From a virus (Duplodnaviria; Caudoviricetes): DNA of 64,000 bases. The notes beneath the pieces are model-generated. The model was not told the origin of the DNA. It saw only the letters and a list, made by a program, of their open reading frames with translations, and made no database searches. The stretch covers positions 96,001 through 160,000 of IMG/VR virus record IMGVR_UViG_3300029288_000063; one strand, 5' to 3'. Shown here piece by piece: positions 1 through 10,006 of the stretch (position 1 is the stretch's first letter; every line of letters starts with the position of its first letter). The position numbers were made by a program, and so were the translations under genes.

Positions 1-318
1 GACGAGCTGAAGGAAATCTTTGACAAGCAGTTGTCGAAATCTGTGGCGGAGTTGTCTCGCGCCCGGATGCCTGCGAAGCTGGAAATCAAGAAGATTCTGG
101 ATGAAACTCAGAAGCTTTGTGATGGTGGGAAGTTCAAGGAGGCTATTGCCAAGTCGAACGAGGTGGACGAGCACGTATTCAACCTTTTGAAGTCTTGGGA
201 CTCTCGCAAGAAGGTTTATGCCGACCGCATCAAGATGTTCTATGGGCTGGACAATGCACGCCGCAAGCGCCCGGACACGTTCAACTCTGTTCTTTTGGAA
301 ATCATGACCGGAAAGTGA
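1..318 (+). CDS. hypothetical protein, 5'-truncated by window
   Basis: Frame open from base 1 to TGA 318. Confidence 0.7.
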   Translation, partial: DELKEIFDKQLSKSVAELSRARMPAKLEIKKILDETQKLCDGGKFKEAIAKSNEVDEHVFNLLKSWDSRKKVYADRIKMFYGLDNARRKRPDTFNSVLLEIMTGK

Positions 319-331
319 TCGGGGGTGTCTG

Positions 332-1345
332 ATGCGTCGTTGCACGTCTGACCATTGTCTTGTTGCCGCAGCCCGGAAGTCCAGACTTGTTGGTTTGGAC
401 TTGCCGGTTGCCGGTATTCTGCACAGCCCGTCTAGGGATTGGAATGCCATCTCGAAACGCGGCAGCATACGGGTTGCGTCGGATAGGCGTGCGTTGGATG
501 TTGACTGGAAGAAGTTCAACGTCAACGACTTTCTATTCTCGCACTGTACTATTGTGACGAGTGTGAAGACGGCGGATAACGGATTTTGGATTGAGCCGCC
601 CTGTGAAGAGCTTGTGAATGCGAACGGGAACGCATGGACGACTCCGGTTTTGCTTGCGACTTTCAAGTCGTTTGGGAACGCGGAGAATTACTATGAACAC
701 GTTCAGGTTCCCGAGCTTTCCAAGGGGAAGATTTTGGATGCCGTATTGCGCCCAGTGACCTATGTTGGGCAGACTGGTTTGAAGGCGGATGTTCTGTATT
801 GTGACATCCTCGTGGCGACCAGCCGCACGCATGGGGAGTTGGTTGATAGGATTGAGCACGGCGAGCTGACGACCATGTCGATGGGTTGCTTGGCGCATGT
901 CGTTCAATGCTCGAAGTGCGGCAAAGAAATCAAGGACGATGATGCCAACTGCGAACACCTTGACAACGAGTTGATGCAGGAGTTTGTTGACAAAAACGGC
1001 GTCCGTCGCATTGTTTCCGAGCTGTGTGGTCGGTCGTTTAAGAGGAATGGAGAGTGGGTTGGCGACCCGGAATCGCTTGAGTTCATTGAAGCGTCGTGGG
1101 TTGAAAAGCCTGCTTTCAAGGGTGCGGTTCTCAACCACATGATTAGCGAGGTTGATGCCGAAAAGCACGCGTCCATCCTGTCGTTGCCCTCCCGCAAATT
1201 GGCTGCTTTGTTTGATGACCTTCCGCACATTCGCGTTGCGGATGCGGAGGGGATGTTGGTGTTGCGTGTTGCCCGTGAGGAGTTGTTGCGGCGTCGTGAA
1301 GAACATTTGATTTCTCGTGTAGCGCGTTCCATTTGGTGCGCGTAG
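332..1345 (+). CDS. putative prohead (maturation) protease
   Basis: Upstream of scaffold/MCP; YYEH, SMGC..CSxCG..CxH and FIEASWVxxPAF motifs typical of large-phage prohead proteases. Confidence 0.65.
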   Translation: MRRCTSDHCLVAAARKSRLVGLDLPVAGILHSPSRDWNAISKRGSIRVASDRRALDVDWKKFNVNDFLFSHCTIVTSVKTADNGFWIEPPCEELVNANGNAWTTPVLLATFKSFGNAENYYEHVQVPELSKGKILDAVLRPVTYVGQTGLKADVLYCDILVATSRTHGELVDRIEHGELTTMSMGCLAHVVQCSKCGKEIKDDDANCEHLDNELMQEFVDKNGVRRIVSELCGRSFKRNGEWVGDPESLEFIEASWVEKPAFKGAVLNHMISEVDAEKHASILSLPSRKLAALFDDLPHIRVADAEGMLVLRVAREELLRRREEHLISRVARSIWCA

Positions 1346-1390
1346 GAAATGGCGTATCGGCTGATAGATGTGTTGAGAAGGAGGAGTGCG

Positions 1391-1987
1391 ATGAGTAAGG
1401 CTCGTGAAGCCCTGTTGTTTCAGATTGATGAGATGGAAGCGCGTCTGGCTAGTGAATCAGACGAAGCGATTTCGCAGTGGGCTGATGAAATCGTTGAAGA
1501 AGAAGCGCAGGTGATTGAGGAAAGCACCGGTATTCCCGTTGAGGATGAGGCGGATTTCTCCGACCAGAACACCAAGATGTCCTCTGTTGCCGAATCGTTG
1601 GTTGCGATGGCTCAAGCTCTGATGGGTGAAGAATCCGAAGGAGACAAGCAGGTTGACCAGCAGTACGAAGAAGAGGTTAAGGAAGAGGATAAGGCTATTG
1701 GTGCATCTATGGAAAACCGTGTCGCATCCTCGCTCGTTCGTCTCGCCTCGATGTTGATGGCTGAAGATGACGAAGAGACCACGGAAGAGGAAGACAAGGA
1801 AGAAACCACGGCCAAGAAGGGTGCAGACAAGAAGGATCTGCCGCCGGAGTTCCTCGAAAACATCAAGAAGAAGGAAGATGACGCCAAAGCGAAGAAAGGT
1901 GCCGTTGCCGCTCGCAAGGCTGAAATCGAGAAGTTGGAAAAGGTGATTGCTTTTGCCAAGAAGAAGCTTTCGTCGATGCGTGGGTAG
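1391..1987 (+). CDS. acidic head scaffold/internal protein
   Basis: AGGAGG RBS before ATG 1391; Glu-rich; head module position. Confidence 0.55.
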   Translation: MSKAREALLFQIDEMEARLASESDEAISQWADEIVEEEAQVIEESTGIPVEDEADFSDQNTKMSSVAESLVAMAQALMGEESEGDKQVDQQYEEEVKEEDKAIGASMENRVASSLVRLASMLMAEDDEETTEEEDKEETTAKKGADKKDLPPEFLENIKKKEDDAKAKKGAVAARKAEIEKLEKVIAFAKKKLSSMRG

Positions 1988-2078
1988 CCTATCTCGTCCG
2001 AATGGGTTTTTAATATTTTTTTTATAGTTTCACAAGTGTTGAGACTATTGTTCGAAAAAAGTTTAGAGGAGATAGAAA

Positions 2079-2636
2079 ATGTCCCAGAAGAAAATTGGCA
2101 GGGAAGCAATTCTTGCTGAAATTGGCCGCCTCGAAGGGATGTTGAGCCTGCGTGGTGCCGAGCGGAAGTCGTCGGAAGACCTCGTTGAAGAGGTTGACCT
2201 GAATACCGACATGGGTGAGGGTGCCAAGGAAGCAGCGAGCCGTTGCGGCGACTTTGATGACATTGTTCCCCTCGATGTCGATTCCGACGAGGGGTTGTTG
2301 GAAGATGTTCTTGATGATGTCGACTTCGAAGGTGGTGCGGATGTTTTGGATGCCTGTGGTACTGTGGCGTCTGAGATGGAACCCGGCATCGAAGACGAAA
2401 TCACTCAAGACAGTTTCGACGAAGTTGAGGAAGAGCTTGGTGCGGATGATATTGCGACTGAAGACACCACGAAGGATGTTGTGGCGTCGGAATATGTCGG
2501 ACGTTTGTCCGAGGCGTCGAGTCGTCTTGACCGTGTTGCTTCCTATTTGGAAAAGAATGGTCAGGTAAAGTTGGCCTTCCGCATTGACCGTTTGGCGGAT
2601 GCCTTGGATGCGGAGAGGTCACGGCTGTCAAAATAA
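2079..2636 (+). CDS. acidic head-associated protein
   Basis: GAGGAG RBS; D/E-rich; head module. Confidence 0.5.
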   Translation: MSQKKIGREAILAEIGRLEGMLSLRGAERKSSEDLVEEVDLNTDMGEGAKEAASRCGDFDDIVPLDVDSDEGLLEDVLDDVDFEGGADVLDACGTVASEMEPGIEDEITQDSFDEVEEELGADDIATEDTTKDVVASEYVGRLSEASSRLDRVASYLEKNGQVKLAFRIDRLADALDAERSRLSK

Positions 2637-2676
2637 TGACGGGCTTTGACTACTTTTTGAGAAAGAAAAAGGAGAC

Positions 2677-3822
2677 ATGAAGATGGAAAAGCGTGTACGT
2701 CTTACAGCCCGTCGTCGCAGTGCCTCGGATGACATTCCGTATCCGGGAACGGTGAATCAGGAAGACCGCAAGTTTGTTGAACGTGACAAGTATGACACGT
2801 TCGAACAGACCATCAACCATGAGCTGCCGGATATGCGCACTGAGTGGCGCAACGATGCTCGTGACGAAATCGGTTTCCCGATTGCCGAAGACCATACCGA
2901 AATCACGGGTACGAAGGATGGGGGTATGACCGTCGCCAGCGTGCGTCAAGCTGCCAGCAAGGCTGTCAAGCTCTCTATGTTGCTGTTGGGCAACAAGGTC
3001 CCGGAGAAAATGATTGAGGGGCAGGCGAAGGATTTCATGCTTCTCGGTTCTGCCGGTCTTGACCGTGCCCTTTCCCGCTTCGCCAAGACCGAGACTTTGT
3101 ATGCTCGCAAGGCGGAAGATGAGGAGGAAGACGAGGAAGAGACTGTCGAAGCTAAGAAGAGTGCTGACGAAGCTCCTGCCGAGGAAAAGAAGGAAGAAAC
3201 CACAGCCAAGAAGTCTGCCGACGAAACGCCTGCCGAGGAGAAGAAGGAAGAAACCACGGCCAAGAAGGGCTCGGACGAGGAAGAGACCACGGCTGAGGAA
3301 GAAGCCCCGAAGGCGAAGAAGGGTGCTGATGAAGCCCCTGCCGCCGAAGAGAAGAAGGAAGAAGCCCCGAAGGCGAAGAAGGGTGCCGACGAGGAAGAGA
3401 CCAAGGCTGATGACGAAGCTCCTGCCGAGGAAACCAAGGCGAAGAAGGGTGCCGAGGAAGACGAGGAAGAGACTGTCGAAGCCAAGAAGGGTGCTGATGA
3501 GGAAGACGACGAGTCCAAGGTTGCCGAGTTGGATATCGAACTTTCTGCCGCAGAAGAGGAAGACACAGAGGAAGATGAGAAATCTGCATCTATTCTGTCC
3601 TCTCTCTATGAAGAGGTGAAGAAGCAGGAAGCTGCTCGTCGCGGTAAGACCTCTGAAGATGATACCGAAGAAGAGGTTGTTGAATCCAAGAAGAGTGCTT
3701 CTGTAAAAGCCCGTGGTGCCCAGAAGCTTGGTGGTCAGCCGCGTATCGCCAGCGACATGTCTGTGAAGGACATCTCTGAGATTTGGGGAGATGTTCCGGA
3801 TGTCAGTGGCGTGTTTAACTGA
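2677..3822 (+). CDS. capsid scaffolding-like protein with AKK(G/S)ADE repeats
   Basis: Low-complexity E/K/A repeats; just upstream of decoration and MCP genes. Confidence 0.6.
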   Translation: MKMEKRVRLTARRRSASDDIPYPGTVNQEDRKFVERDKYDTFEQTINHELPDMRTEWRNDARDEIGFPIAEDHTEITGTKDGGMTVASVRQAASKAVKLSMLLLGNKVPEKMIEGQAKDFMLLGSAGLDRALSRFAKTETLYARKAEDEEEDEEETVEAKKSADEAPAEEKKEETTAKKSADETPAEEKKEETTAKKGSDEEETTAEEEAPKAKKGADEAPAAEEKKEEAPKAKKGADEEETKADDEAPAEETKAKKGAEEDEEETVEAKKGADEEDDESKVAELDIELSAAEEEDTEEDEKSASILSSLYEEVKKQEAARRGKTSEDDTEEEVVESKKSASVKARGAQKLGGQPRIASDMSVKDISEIWGDVPDVSGVFN

Positions 3823-3912
3823 GGCTAACCCGGTGTGTGCCGGATTGGTTTGAAAAGCGGATGGGTTCACGGGTTGTGACCCTTTGTCGAAAACAGGATA
3901 GGAGGTTGTACG

Positions 3913-4419
3913 ATGAGTTTGACGATTTTGATTCGTGGACACCTCTCGTCGATTCCGAGTCTCGCCGATGTCTGCTTCACGCAGGACAATTATGGCGATG
4001 GCACGAACACGACGATGAGTGTGAACACCCCGCGTGGCGTGCTGGGTGGTTCTGTGGCGGCTGTGGCGGCTGCTCCGGATGGCGGTGACTATATTACCGT
4101 TCCGGGCACCCGTGCCTTGACTCCCCTTGGTCTTTTCGTGAATGACGCTGCGGGCGCAGCTTTTGAGAACGCCCCTGCTGTCGCGAGCGGCAAGGTCACG
4201 GTGATGAAGGCTATGGCGTCGGTTGAGGTCGATGTGTTTGAGACACAGACTCGCGCTGACCACGGCGTTGCACTGGTCTATGCGGTTGGTCAGAAGTTGT
4301 ATGCCTCGGATGCTGGTCTGTTGACCAACGAGGCGTCCACCGATGGGACCGTGATTGGTGTCGTCACAAAGATTCCGACGACTGCCAGCCCGACCCTCGG
4401 TTTGGACATGCGTATTTAG
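3913..4419 (+). CDS. head decoration/cement protein
   Basis: 168 aa, G/A/V/T-rich, immediately before MCP; GGAGG RBS. Confidence 0.6.
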   Translation: MSLTILIRGHLSSIPSLADVCFTQDNYGDGTNTTMSVNTPRGVLGGSVAAVAAAPDGGDYITVPGTRALTPLGLFVNDAAGAAFENAPAVASGKVTVMKAMASVEVDVFETQTRADHGVALVYAVGQKLYASDAGLLTNEASTDGTVIGVVTKIPTTASPTLGLDMRI

Positions 4420-4500
4420 TAGTTGAAAATTGGAAACGACCCTGCCCGTATGTGGCGGGCAGGGTTAAAGTTGAAGGTGCCGTGAGAGGAGGAATTTCAA

Positions 4501-5361
4501 ATGGCTGTTGATAACCAGACCAAGAATGAAATCATCAGCGCTTTTATCAAGACGTCCGCCGGTCGGTCGCGTCTTGCCGCGTCGATGATTCAGCCTCTCA
4601 GAAAGCGCCGGGACTACGCTTCCGTGGGACGCCGTGCGTTCTTCGTGGAACAGCTTCCGGATGGTGCTCTCCCCATTTACGACAAGGACCCGAACGTTAC
4701 GGCCTATGTCGTTGGTGAGGAAGGCGAGAACATCGTGGCTGTCGCGAAGCCGAAGAGGGTGTTGTTTCCTCTCTTCGAAGTCGCATCGAACCCGGAAATT
4801 CAGCTCACTGAAATCAAGGCTCGTCGCTTTGATTTGATTGAGCGTAGCGTGGACCTCGCGAAGTCTGAGATTCAGGCTGAGGAAGACCGCAAGGTGTTTG
4901 CGGTTATGGATGCGTTGGCCGCTGACCCGACCAACCCGAACCCGGACATCCCGGTCACGACGAACCTGACGGCGAACGCTCTTGCTGACGCCTTCGCGAA
5001 CGTCGAGCGTTCGGACATGCGTGTTGCAAATGTGTTCTTGAATGCCAAGGACTACGCGGACCTGCGTAAGTGGGACCGTGATACCCTCGACATCGAGACT
5101 CAGGCCAAGTTGTTGAAGACCGGTCTGATGGCAACCCTCTGGGGTGCGAAGCTCATCACAAGCCGTATCGTTCCGGAAGGAACTGTTTACGTTTGTGGCG
5201 AACCAGAGTTCTTCGGACGTATCCCCGTCCGCACCGAGTTGACTGTCCTATCCGCCGACGACCCGAAGAACCGCCTGATTGGTTTCAGCATCTTCGAGAA
5301 CATTGGTATCGGGGCGTACAACCCGTATGCGCTCCAGCGCCTCCTGATCTCCCGCGCCTAA
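4501..5361 (+). CDS. major capsid protein (HK97 fold)
   Basis: Strong RBS, biased codons, followed by terminator; TGLMATLWGAKLITSRIVPEG C-terminal pattern of HK97-fold capsids. Confidence 0.8.
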   Translation: MAVDNQTKNEIISAFIKTSAGRSRLAASMIQPLRKRRDYASVGRRAFFVEQLPDGALPIYDKDPNVTAYVVGEEGENIVAVAKPKRVLFPLFEVASNPEIQLTEIKARRFDLIERSVDLAKSEIQAEEDRKVFAVMDALAADPTNPNPDIPVTTNLTANALADAFANVERSDMRVANVFLNAKDYADLRKWDRDTLDIETQAKLLKTGLMATLWGAKLITSRIVPEGTVYVCGEPEFFGRIPVRTELTVLSADDPKNRLIGFSIFENIGIGAYNPYALQRLLISRA

Positions 5362-5398
5362 TCGCGCCTGAGTGAAGGTGGTGTAGGTCTCATCCGCT

Positions 5399-5434
5399 GC
5401 CGCCCCCAGTCTACGTGACTGGGGGCGGTTTTTT
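5399..5434 (+). terminator. intrinsic terminator after MCP
   Basis: GCCGCCCCCAGTC/GACTGGGGGCGGT stem then T-tract. Confidence 0.85.
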
Positions 5435-5523
5435 GGATTTATTCCCATTTTTACACTCGTTTTTCTTTGGTGTTATCCCCGTTGTTTGTATAATGTGTTG
5501 GTTCTTTCTGAGGAGAAAAAACA

Positions 5524-7512
5524 ATGGGGACGCAAACGCACAAGAATCATGGGTTGAATAAAGATATGGTGGAGCAGTTATATCTTCGAGACGGGTTGAG
5601 TGATTCGGAGATTGGTTCGAGGTTTGGGTTGACTGGTGAGGGTGTTGCGTACTTCAGAAGAAAGTACGGCATCAAAACGATTTCTCAGTCTGATAGGATA
5701 TCTATCAGGGCAAGAAAGATCGGACTGATGGAGCTTTCTGTGGTTTCTGATGATGAGTTGATTCGGTTATATGATAAGCATGGGATGGTTACTCTTGGGA
5801 GGATGTTTGGGTGCAGCAAAATTCCAATCCGAGAAAAACTGCGCCGTCTAGGGGTTTGCATAAAAACGAAGCAAGATAGGACGGTAAGCGGGCATCCGGA
5901 CAGCCTGTCCCTGATGCAGCAGGAGGTGTTGATTGGGTCGCTGCTTGGAGATGGATGCCTCGTTGTGAACAACCTCGGGGATGCTGCCCATTTCCAAGAG
6001 ATGCATTCGGCAGCTCAGAGGCGATATCTGGAGTGGAAGCACGATGTGTTCATGCCTTTCTCCAAAAGGATTCACAAAGAGGATAAGGTGTTGGACGATG
6101 GGAGGGAATCGAAGGGTTTTGGTTTTAAGACATGTGTTCATCCGTTGTTTGTTCGGTTCTATGATATGTTTTATGGGGGAGCCAAAAAGCATCTTCCAGA
6201 TGGCTTGATGAGGAATATCTCGCCACTGAGTTTAGCGGTCTGGTATATGGACGATGGCTGTCTTTCTGATCAAAATAAGGACGGAGTATTCACGATAGCC
6301 TCTGGGTTTTGTAAAGAATCTGTTGAGGTTATTGCTGATTCGCTTAATGATCGGTTTCAGTTTGATATTGAAGTTCGCGAAGTAGATAGTGTGTCTGTTC
6401 TTGTTTTTCATAACAAGCAGAAATTCTTCGATGTTATTGGTAGGCACATTGTTCCGTCGATGGCATATAAGGTTCCTTTGAGTTTGAGGTTTTCCATGCC
6501 TCATATTCGGAATCCGAAGTTGTATGGGTTGCCAAACAAACTTTCTCCTGCGGAGGTTGCGAATCCATCTGAAGGACTGTTGGATGATCTTGTTGAGTTT
6601 TGGCAGGTTGCAGGGTTTCCTTTTCCAAGCGTTCCGAAGAAAGACAAGAGGTTGAGCGAGATAGAAGCGGTCAGAAATTCCAAGATAGAGCTTTCAGAAG
6701 TAGTTGGGTCTGGATTCTCTTCTGGCTGTGGGTTGTGTCTGTCGTTCTTCGAGAATGTTTGGTCGGTGAAACGGCATGGGCAAAAAAGCCCAGAGGATGT
6801 GTTTTACGATAAGGCTCTCTTGAGGCATGCTATCCGTGACTGCTTGAAGCATCGTGGTGGGTGTCGGGAGTCGGAATTGCGTTCTGAGCTTCGAACGTTT
6901 GGAGGGGTCCAAACGTTTCGTCCGGTTGTCGCAAGGGCAATTTATGATCGCTATTGCCCGGTTGGCGGGCGAGTTCTTGATCCCTGTTCTGGTTGGGGAG
7001 GGCGATTGCTTGGGTTCTATGCGTCCGTTGTGTCGGAGTATATCGGGGTTGATGCGAATCCAGATACCGTGAAGGGGCTGAAACATATGCGGTGTTTGTT
7101 GGGTCGGGATGTTGCGGGTAAGTCTGTTGATATTAAATATGCCGCTTTTGAGGACTTGAAACTTGATGGATCATTTGATGTCGTCTTTACGTCGCCTCCG
7201 TATTTCTGTAAAGAGTTGTACGGGGACGATGAGTTTCAGAGTTATGTCCGGTATGGCAAATACAACGATTGGCGGGATGGATTTTTGAAGCCTCTTGTTG
7301 AGAAGTCCGTTTCCGTTTTGAAGCGTGGAGGTTTTTTGATACTCAATGTTGCGGATGTTCGGGTTGGTGGTGATGTTTTCCCACTTGTCGAAGACACACG
7401 CTCGCTGATGAAGTCTGTTATAGGGCTGTTTGCGGAACACAACATGGAGTTTCTGAGTCCATATGGCGGGAAGACAAGGTTTGAACCAATTCTCGTTGGT
7501 CGGAAGGATTGA
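5524..7512 (+). CDS. HTH + LAGLIDADG endonuclease + DNA amino-methyltransferase fusion
   Basis: LIGSLLGDG and LAVWYMDDG motifs; C-terminal VLDPCSGWGG (motif I) and TSPPY (motif IV). Confidence 0.8.
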   Translation: MGTQTHKNHGLNKDMVEQLYLRDGLSDSEIGSRFGLTGEGVAYFRRKYGIKTISQSDRISIRARKIGLMELSVVSDDELIRLYDKHGMVTLGRMFGCSKIPIREKLRRLGVCIKTKQDRTVSGHPDSLSLMQQEVLIGSLLGDGCLVVNNLGDAAHFQEMHSAAQRRYLEWKHDVFMPFSKRIHKEDKVLDDGRESKGFGFKTCVHPLFVRFYDMFYGGAKKHLPDGLMRNISPLSLAVWYMDDGCLSDQNKDGVFTIASGFCKESVEVIADSLNDRFQFDIEVREVDSVSVLVFHNKQKFFDVIGRHIVPSMAYKVPLSLRFSMPHIRNPKLYGLPNKLSPAEVANPSEGLLDDLVEFWQVAGFPFPSVPKKDKRLSEIEAVRNSKIELSEVVGSGFSSGCGLCLSFFENVWSVKRHGQKSPEDVFYDKALLRHAIRDCLKHRGGCRESELRSELRTFGGVQTFRPVVARAIYDRYCPVGGRVLDPCSGWGGRLLGFYASVVSEYIGVDANPDTVKGLKHMRCLLGRDVAGKSVDIKYAAFEDLKLDGSFDVVFTSPPYFCKELYGDDEFQSYVRYGKYNDWRDGFLKPLVEKSVSVLKRGGFLILNVADVRVGGDVFPLVEDTRSLMKSVIGLFAEHNMEFLSPYGGKTRFEPILVGRKD

Positions 7513-7562
7513 GGAACACATGTTATACTTATTTTATATATTGATGAGTGTAGGAGGATATT

Positions 7563-8018
7563 ATGCCTGATTCGTTTCGCAAAGAAGTTGATGTAGCGTA
7601 TCGTCGTGTTCATGGTTTCGAGAGAGAAGACATGATGGCTCAACGTATTGCGTCTGAGTTGGTTCGTGTTGCCCGTGATGTGTCGGCTGTTCCTGCAACA
7701 GATATTCTTGTGACGAAAAACGCCCTTGTTGGGCGTTCGGAGCGTGTTGTTGCGGCTGTCAATCGCGAGAGTGTTTTGTTCAATCTCTCTATGCGGATGA
7801 ATCAAGTGTATAGTCGGAAAAACATGATGTTGATTACCTTTAGTCCTCGTTGGAAAGAGGATAAATTTATCAACAAGGAAGGACAGAGTTCTGAGGTTCC
7901 GGTGTCGGCAGTGTATCGTCGTTTTGTTGAGAAGGCGATATTGTCGAGCTTTGGAGACGATGTTCTTGTTCAGTGGAAAGATGATATTTGTTGGATTAAG
8001 GTTTCGTTTGAGGATTGA
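7563..8018 (+). CDS. hypothetical, putative internal virion protein
   Basis: RBS; IASELVRVAR motif. Confidence 0.55.
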   Translation: MPDSFRKEVDVAYRRVHGFEREDMMAQRIASELVRVARDVSAVPATDILVTKNALVGRSERVVAAVNRESVLFNLSMRMNQVYSRKNMMLITFSPRWKEDKFINKEGQSSEVPVSAVYRRFVEKAILSSFGDDVLVQWKDDICWIKVSFED

Positions 8019-8037
8019 TGTTTTCTAGGGGTCTATC

Positions 8038-8691
8038 ATGGTTGACAATAATGTTGCTTTCGAGTTGATTCGTTTGGCAAAGACGCTTGTCGGTTTAGAT
8101 GTTGATGTGTATAAGAAGAAGGCTTTTATTATTGCTGACCAAATGTCTAAAAAGTCTAAAGTTATTCGTGTCAAGTCTGAGGTTGAGTTGAAGTCTGGTA
8201 AGGTAGTAATAGTGTTCAAAGCCAGCCTTATATTAAAAGACATATATATAAACACTGACGAAGGTAGTGGTTTGATTTTTACCATGTCTCGCGAATATAT
8301 GGAAGATTTAAGGAATTTGGTAAAAATTCACATCGGTTTGTTTGATGTTGATTTCTCGTCCGGTTCTGTTATGAGTTATGGTCGTTTGGCTCGGGTAGTT
8401 GTTCCTGTTGAGCGTTCCGTTGATAAGGTTCAGTATTTTAAACTATTTGATGATGGTGTTTTGTCAAGTAAGATTGAAAGTGTTTTAACACCTCCCAGTA
8501 GCTTACCAGTTGATTGGGATTTTGTTTTGATTCAATATTCAGATGGTTCTATGGCTTCTGGGCGTTCTTTTTCTAATGGTTGGCGTATGAATAATGAAAA
8601 CAACCTCAACCTGAAGTTTGTTGGTGAGAGTAAAAAGTTTTCATATGATGCTCGTCCTTTTAGCAAGTTCAAAAAACTTTTAACCAAGTGA
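8038..8691 (+). CDS. hypothetical, putative internal virion protein
   Basis: VAFELIRLAK N-terminal motif. Confidence 0.55.
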   Translation: MVDNNVAFELIRLAKTLVGLDVDVYKKKAFIIADQMSKKSKVIRVKSEVELKSGKVVIVFKASLILKDIYINTDEGSGLIFTMSREYMEDLRNLVKIHIGLFDVDFSSGSVMSYGRLARVVVPVERSVDKVQYFKLFDDGVLSSKIESVLTPPSSLPVDWDFVLIQYSDGSMASGRSFSNGWRMNNENNLNLKFVGESKKFSYDARPFSKFKKLLTK

Positions 8692-8735
8692 TGTGTTTTG
8701 TCTGGTTGTTCTTGTTTAATTTCAAAAGGAGAAAG

Positions 8736-8984
8736 ATGATGGATAGGCAGGTTGTGGCGGCAAAGCTTGTTCGTATGGCGAAGGTTCTGATGTCCGAAGA
8801 GAAACTCGAAACAACGAATAACCCGGAACTCAACACGGCCGTGAATGCGCTCGTGAAGGCGACCGGTGGTGACCTTGGTCAGATTCTTCAGGCTGTGTTC
8901 ATGGTGTTGCGTAAGACCGGCAATGCGTCGGCTGTGACGAAAATCAAGCCGTTGTTTCAGCAGGCGTTGAACAAGGTCGAGTAG
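8736..8984 (+). CDS. hypothetical, putative internal virion protein
   Basis: AAGGAG RBS; VAAKLVRMAK motif. Confidence 0.55.
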   Translation: MMDRQVVAAKLVRMAKVLMSEEKLETTNNPELNTAVNALVKATGGDLGQILQAVFMVLRKTGNASAVTKIKPLFQQALNKVE

Positions 8985-8988
8985 TCCT

Positions 8989-9780
8989 ATGAATGTGTCT
9001 GTTGAACTTGTTCGTGTCGCCCGGTTGTTGTGTGGCGAAAAGACTGTTGAGGTTGATGGTGGGAAAGATGTCCGCCATCAACTTCAGTCTATTCAGCGTG
9101 CCGGTGATGTTGCGACGTTTATGTACCAGAAGAAGGACGGAACGTCGCGCAAGGTCCACGTTAAACCGACGTCTGTATTTGGCGATAAGTTCAAAGCTGT
9201 TGACCTTGATGCGGCGGGTGCAGAGAAGTTGTTTTTGATGAGCGGCGTGCAGCCGTTGGCGTCGAGTCATGCACCGGCGGTTCCGGTTGTTCATGAGCCG
9301 AAGAAGTTCAAGTTTCAAGACAAGGTGCTTATGGACAATGATATTTCCCGGTCATTGCATGGACTGGTAAAAAAGGGCGGCGCGTGGGCGTCCGAGCGGC
9401 AGCGGGATTTCATTCTCGGGAAGATTGCTCGGGATGGTGATTCTGCAAGAAGGTTGTTGCCGCGAGGTGTGTTTGGTTTGATAGGGAGAGGTGGAGTTTT
9501 GAGCGGTTGGGAGTCGACAGGTGATGGGTTTTCGAGCTGCTGGTTGTTCCGGGTTGACGATGTTGGTGTTGTTGACAAGATTTTAATTTGGCAAAAAACA
9601 ACCCCGATGGACCGTGAGCAAGCGGCGTATGAGCAGGCGATGGAAGACCTGTATGATGATATGGGTGGTCGTCCGGACCGCTATATGGTTGAAGAGCTTA
9701 AGTCGCATTATTCCCAACATGCGCGGAGTTGGTCGGGTCAACAAAAAGGTGGTACGAAAGTAAAATGGAGTCGTATGTGA
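8989..9780 (+). CDS. hypothetical, putative internal virion protein
   Basis: VSVELVRVAR N-terminal motif. Confidence 0.55.
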   Translation: MNVSVELVRVARLLCGEKTVEVDGGKDVRHQLQSIQRAGDVATFMYQKKDGTSRKVHVKPTSVFGDKFKAVDLDAAGAEKLFLMSGVQPLASSHAPAVPVVHEPKKFKFQDKVLMDNDISRSLHGLVKKGGAWASERQRDFILGKIARDGDSARRLLPRGVFGLIGRGGVLSGWESTGDGFSSCWLFRVDDVGVVDKILIWQKTTPMDREQAAYEQAMEDLYDDMGGRPDRYMVEELKSHYSQHARSWSGQQKGGTKVKWSRM

Positions 9781-9782
9781 TT

Positions 9783-9827
9783 TTTTTTCCAGATTTTTGT
9801 TGCACCCTCGATGCTTGGTTGTATAAT
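9783..9827 (+). promoter_or_regulatory. sigma70-like promoter heading tRNA block 1
   Basis: TTGCAC-16-TATAAT; first 21 nt identical to 27692-27712. Confidence 0.7.
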
Positions 9828-9877
9828 CTGTTTGAAATCGCCCATTGTGAGGGCGAACTTGTAGTGGAGAAAACAAA

Positions 9878-10006
9878 GTGCTTACTTTCCTGACCACCAC
9901 ATCATCGAACGGATTCTCGATGTCCCTCAACTGCGGTAATAAGCGCAGTCAGAGGCAAGGGCATATTACGTGCAAAATGCCCGGTGGTGGAAAGACGGAG
10001 ACCTGA
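9878..10006 (+). CDS. attenuator leader peptide 1 (42 aa)
   Basis: GGAG RBS, GTG start; 3' end pairs with the terminator 5' arm; codons match block-1 tRNAs. Confidence 0.75.
   Translation: MLTFLTTTSSNGFSMSLNCGNKRSQRQGHITCKMPGGGKTET

Noticed and set aside
2650-4263. Long minus-strand ORFs (also 45243-46433, 44142-44846 and others)
   Set aside because: Antisense shadows of codon-biased plus-strand genes; no RBS or motifs
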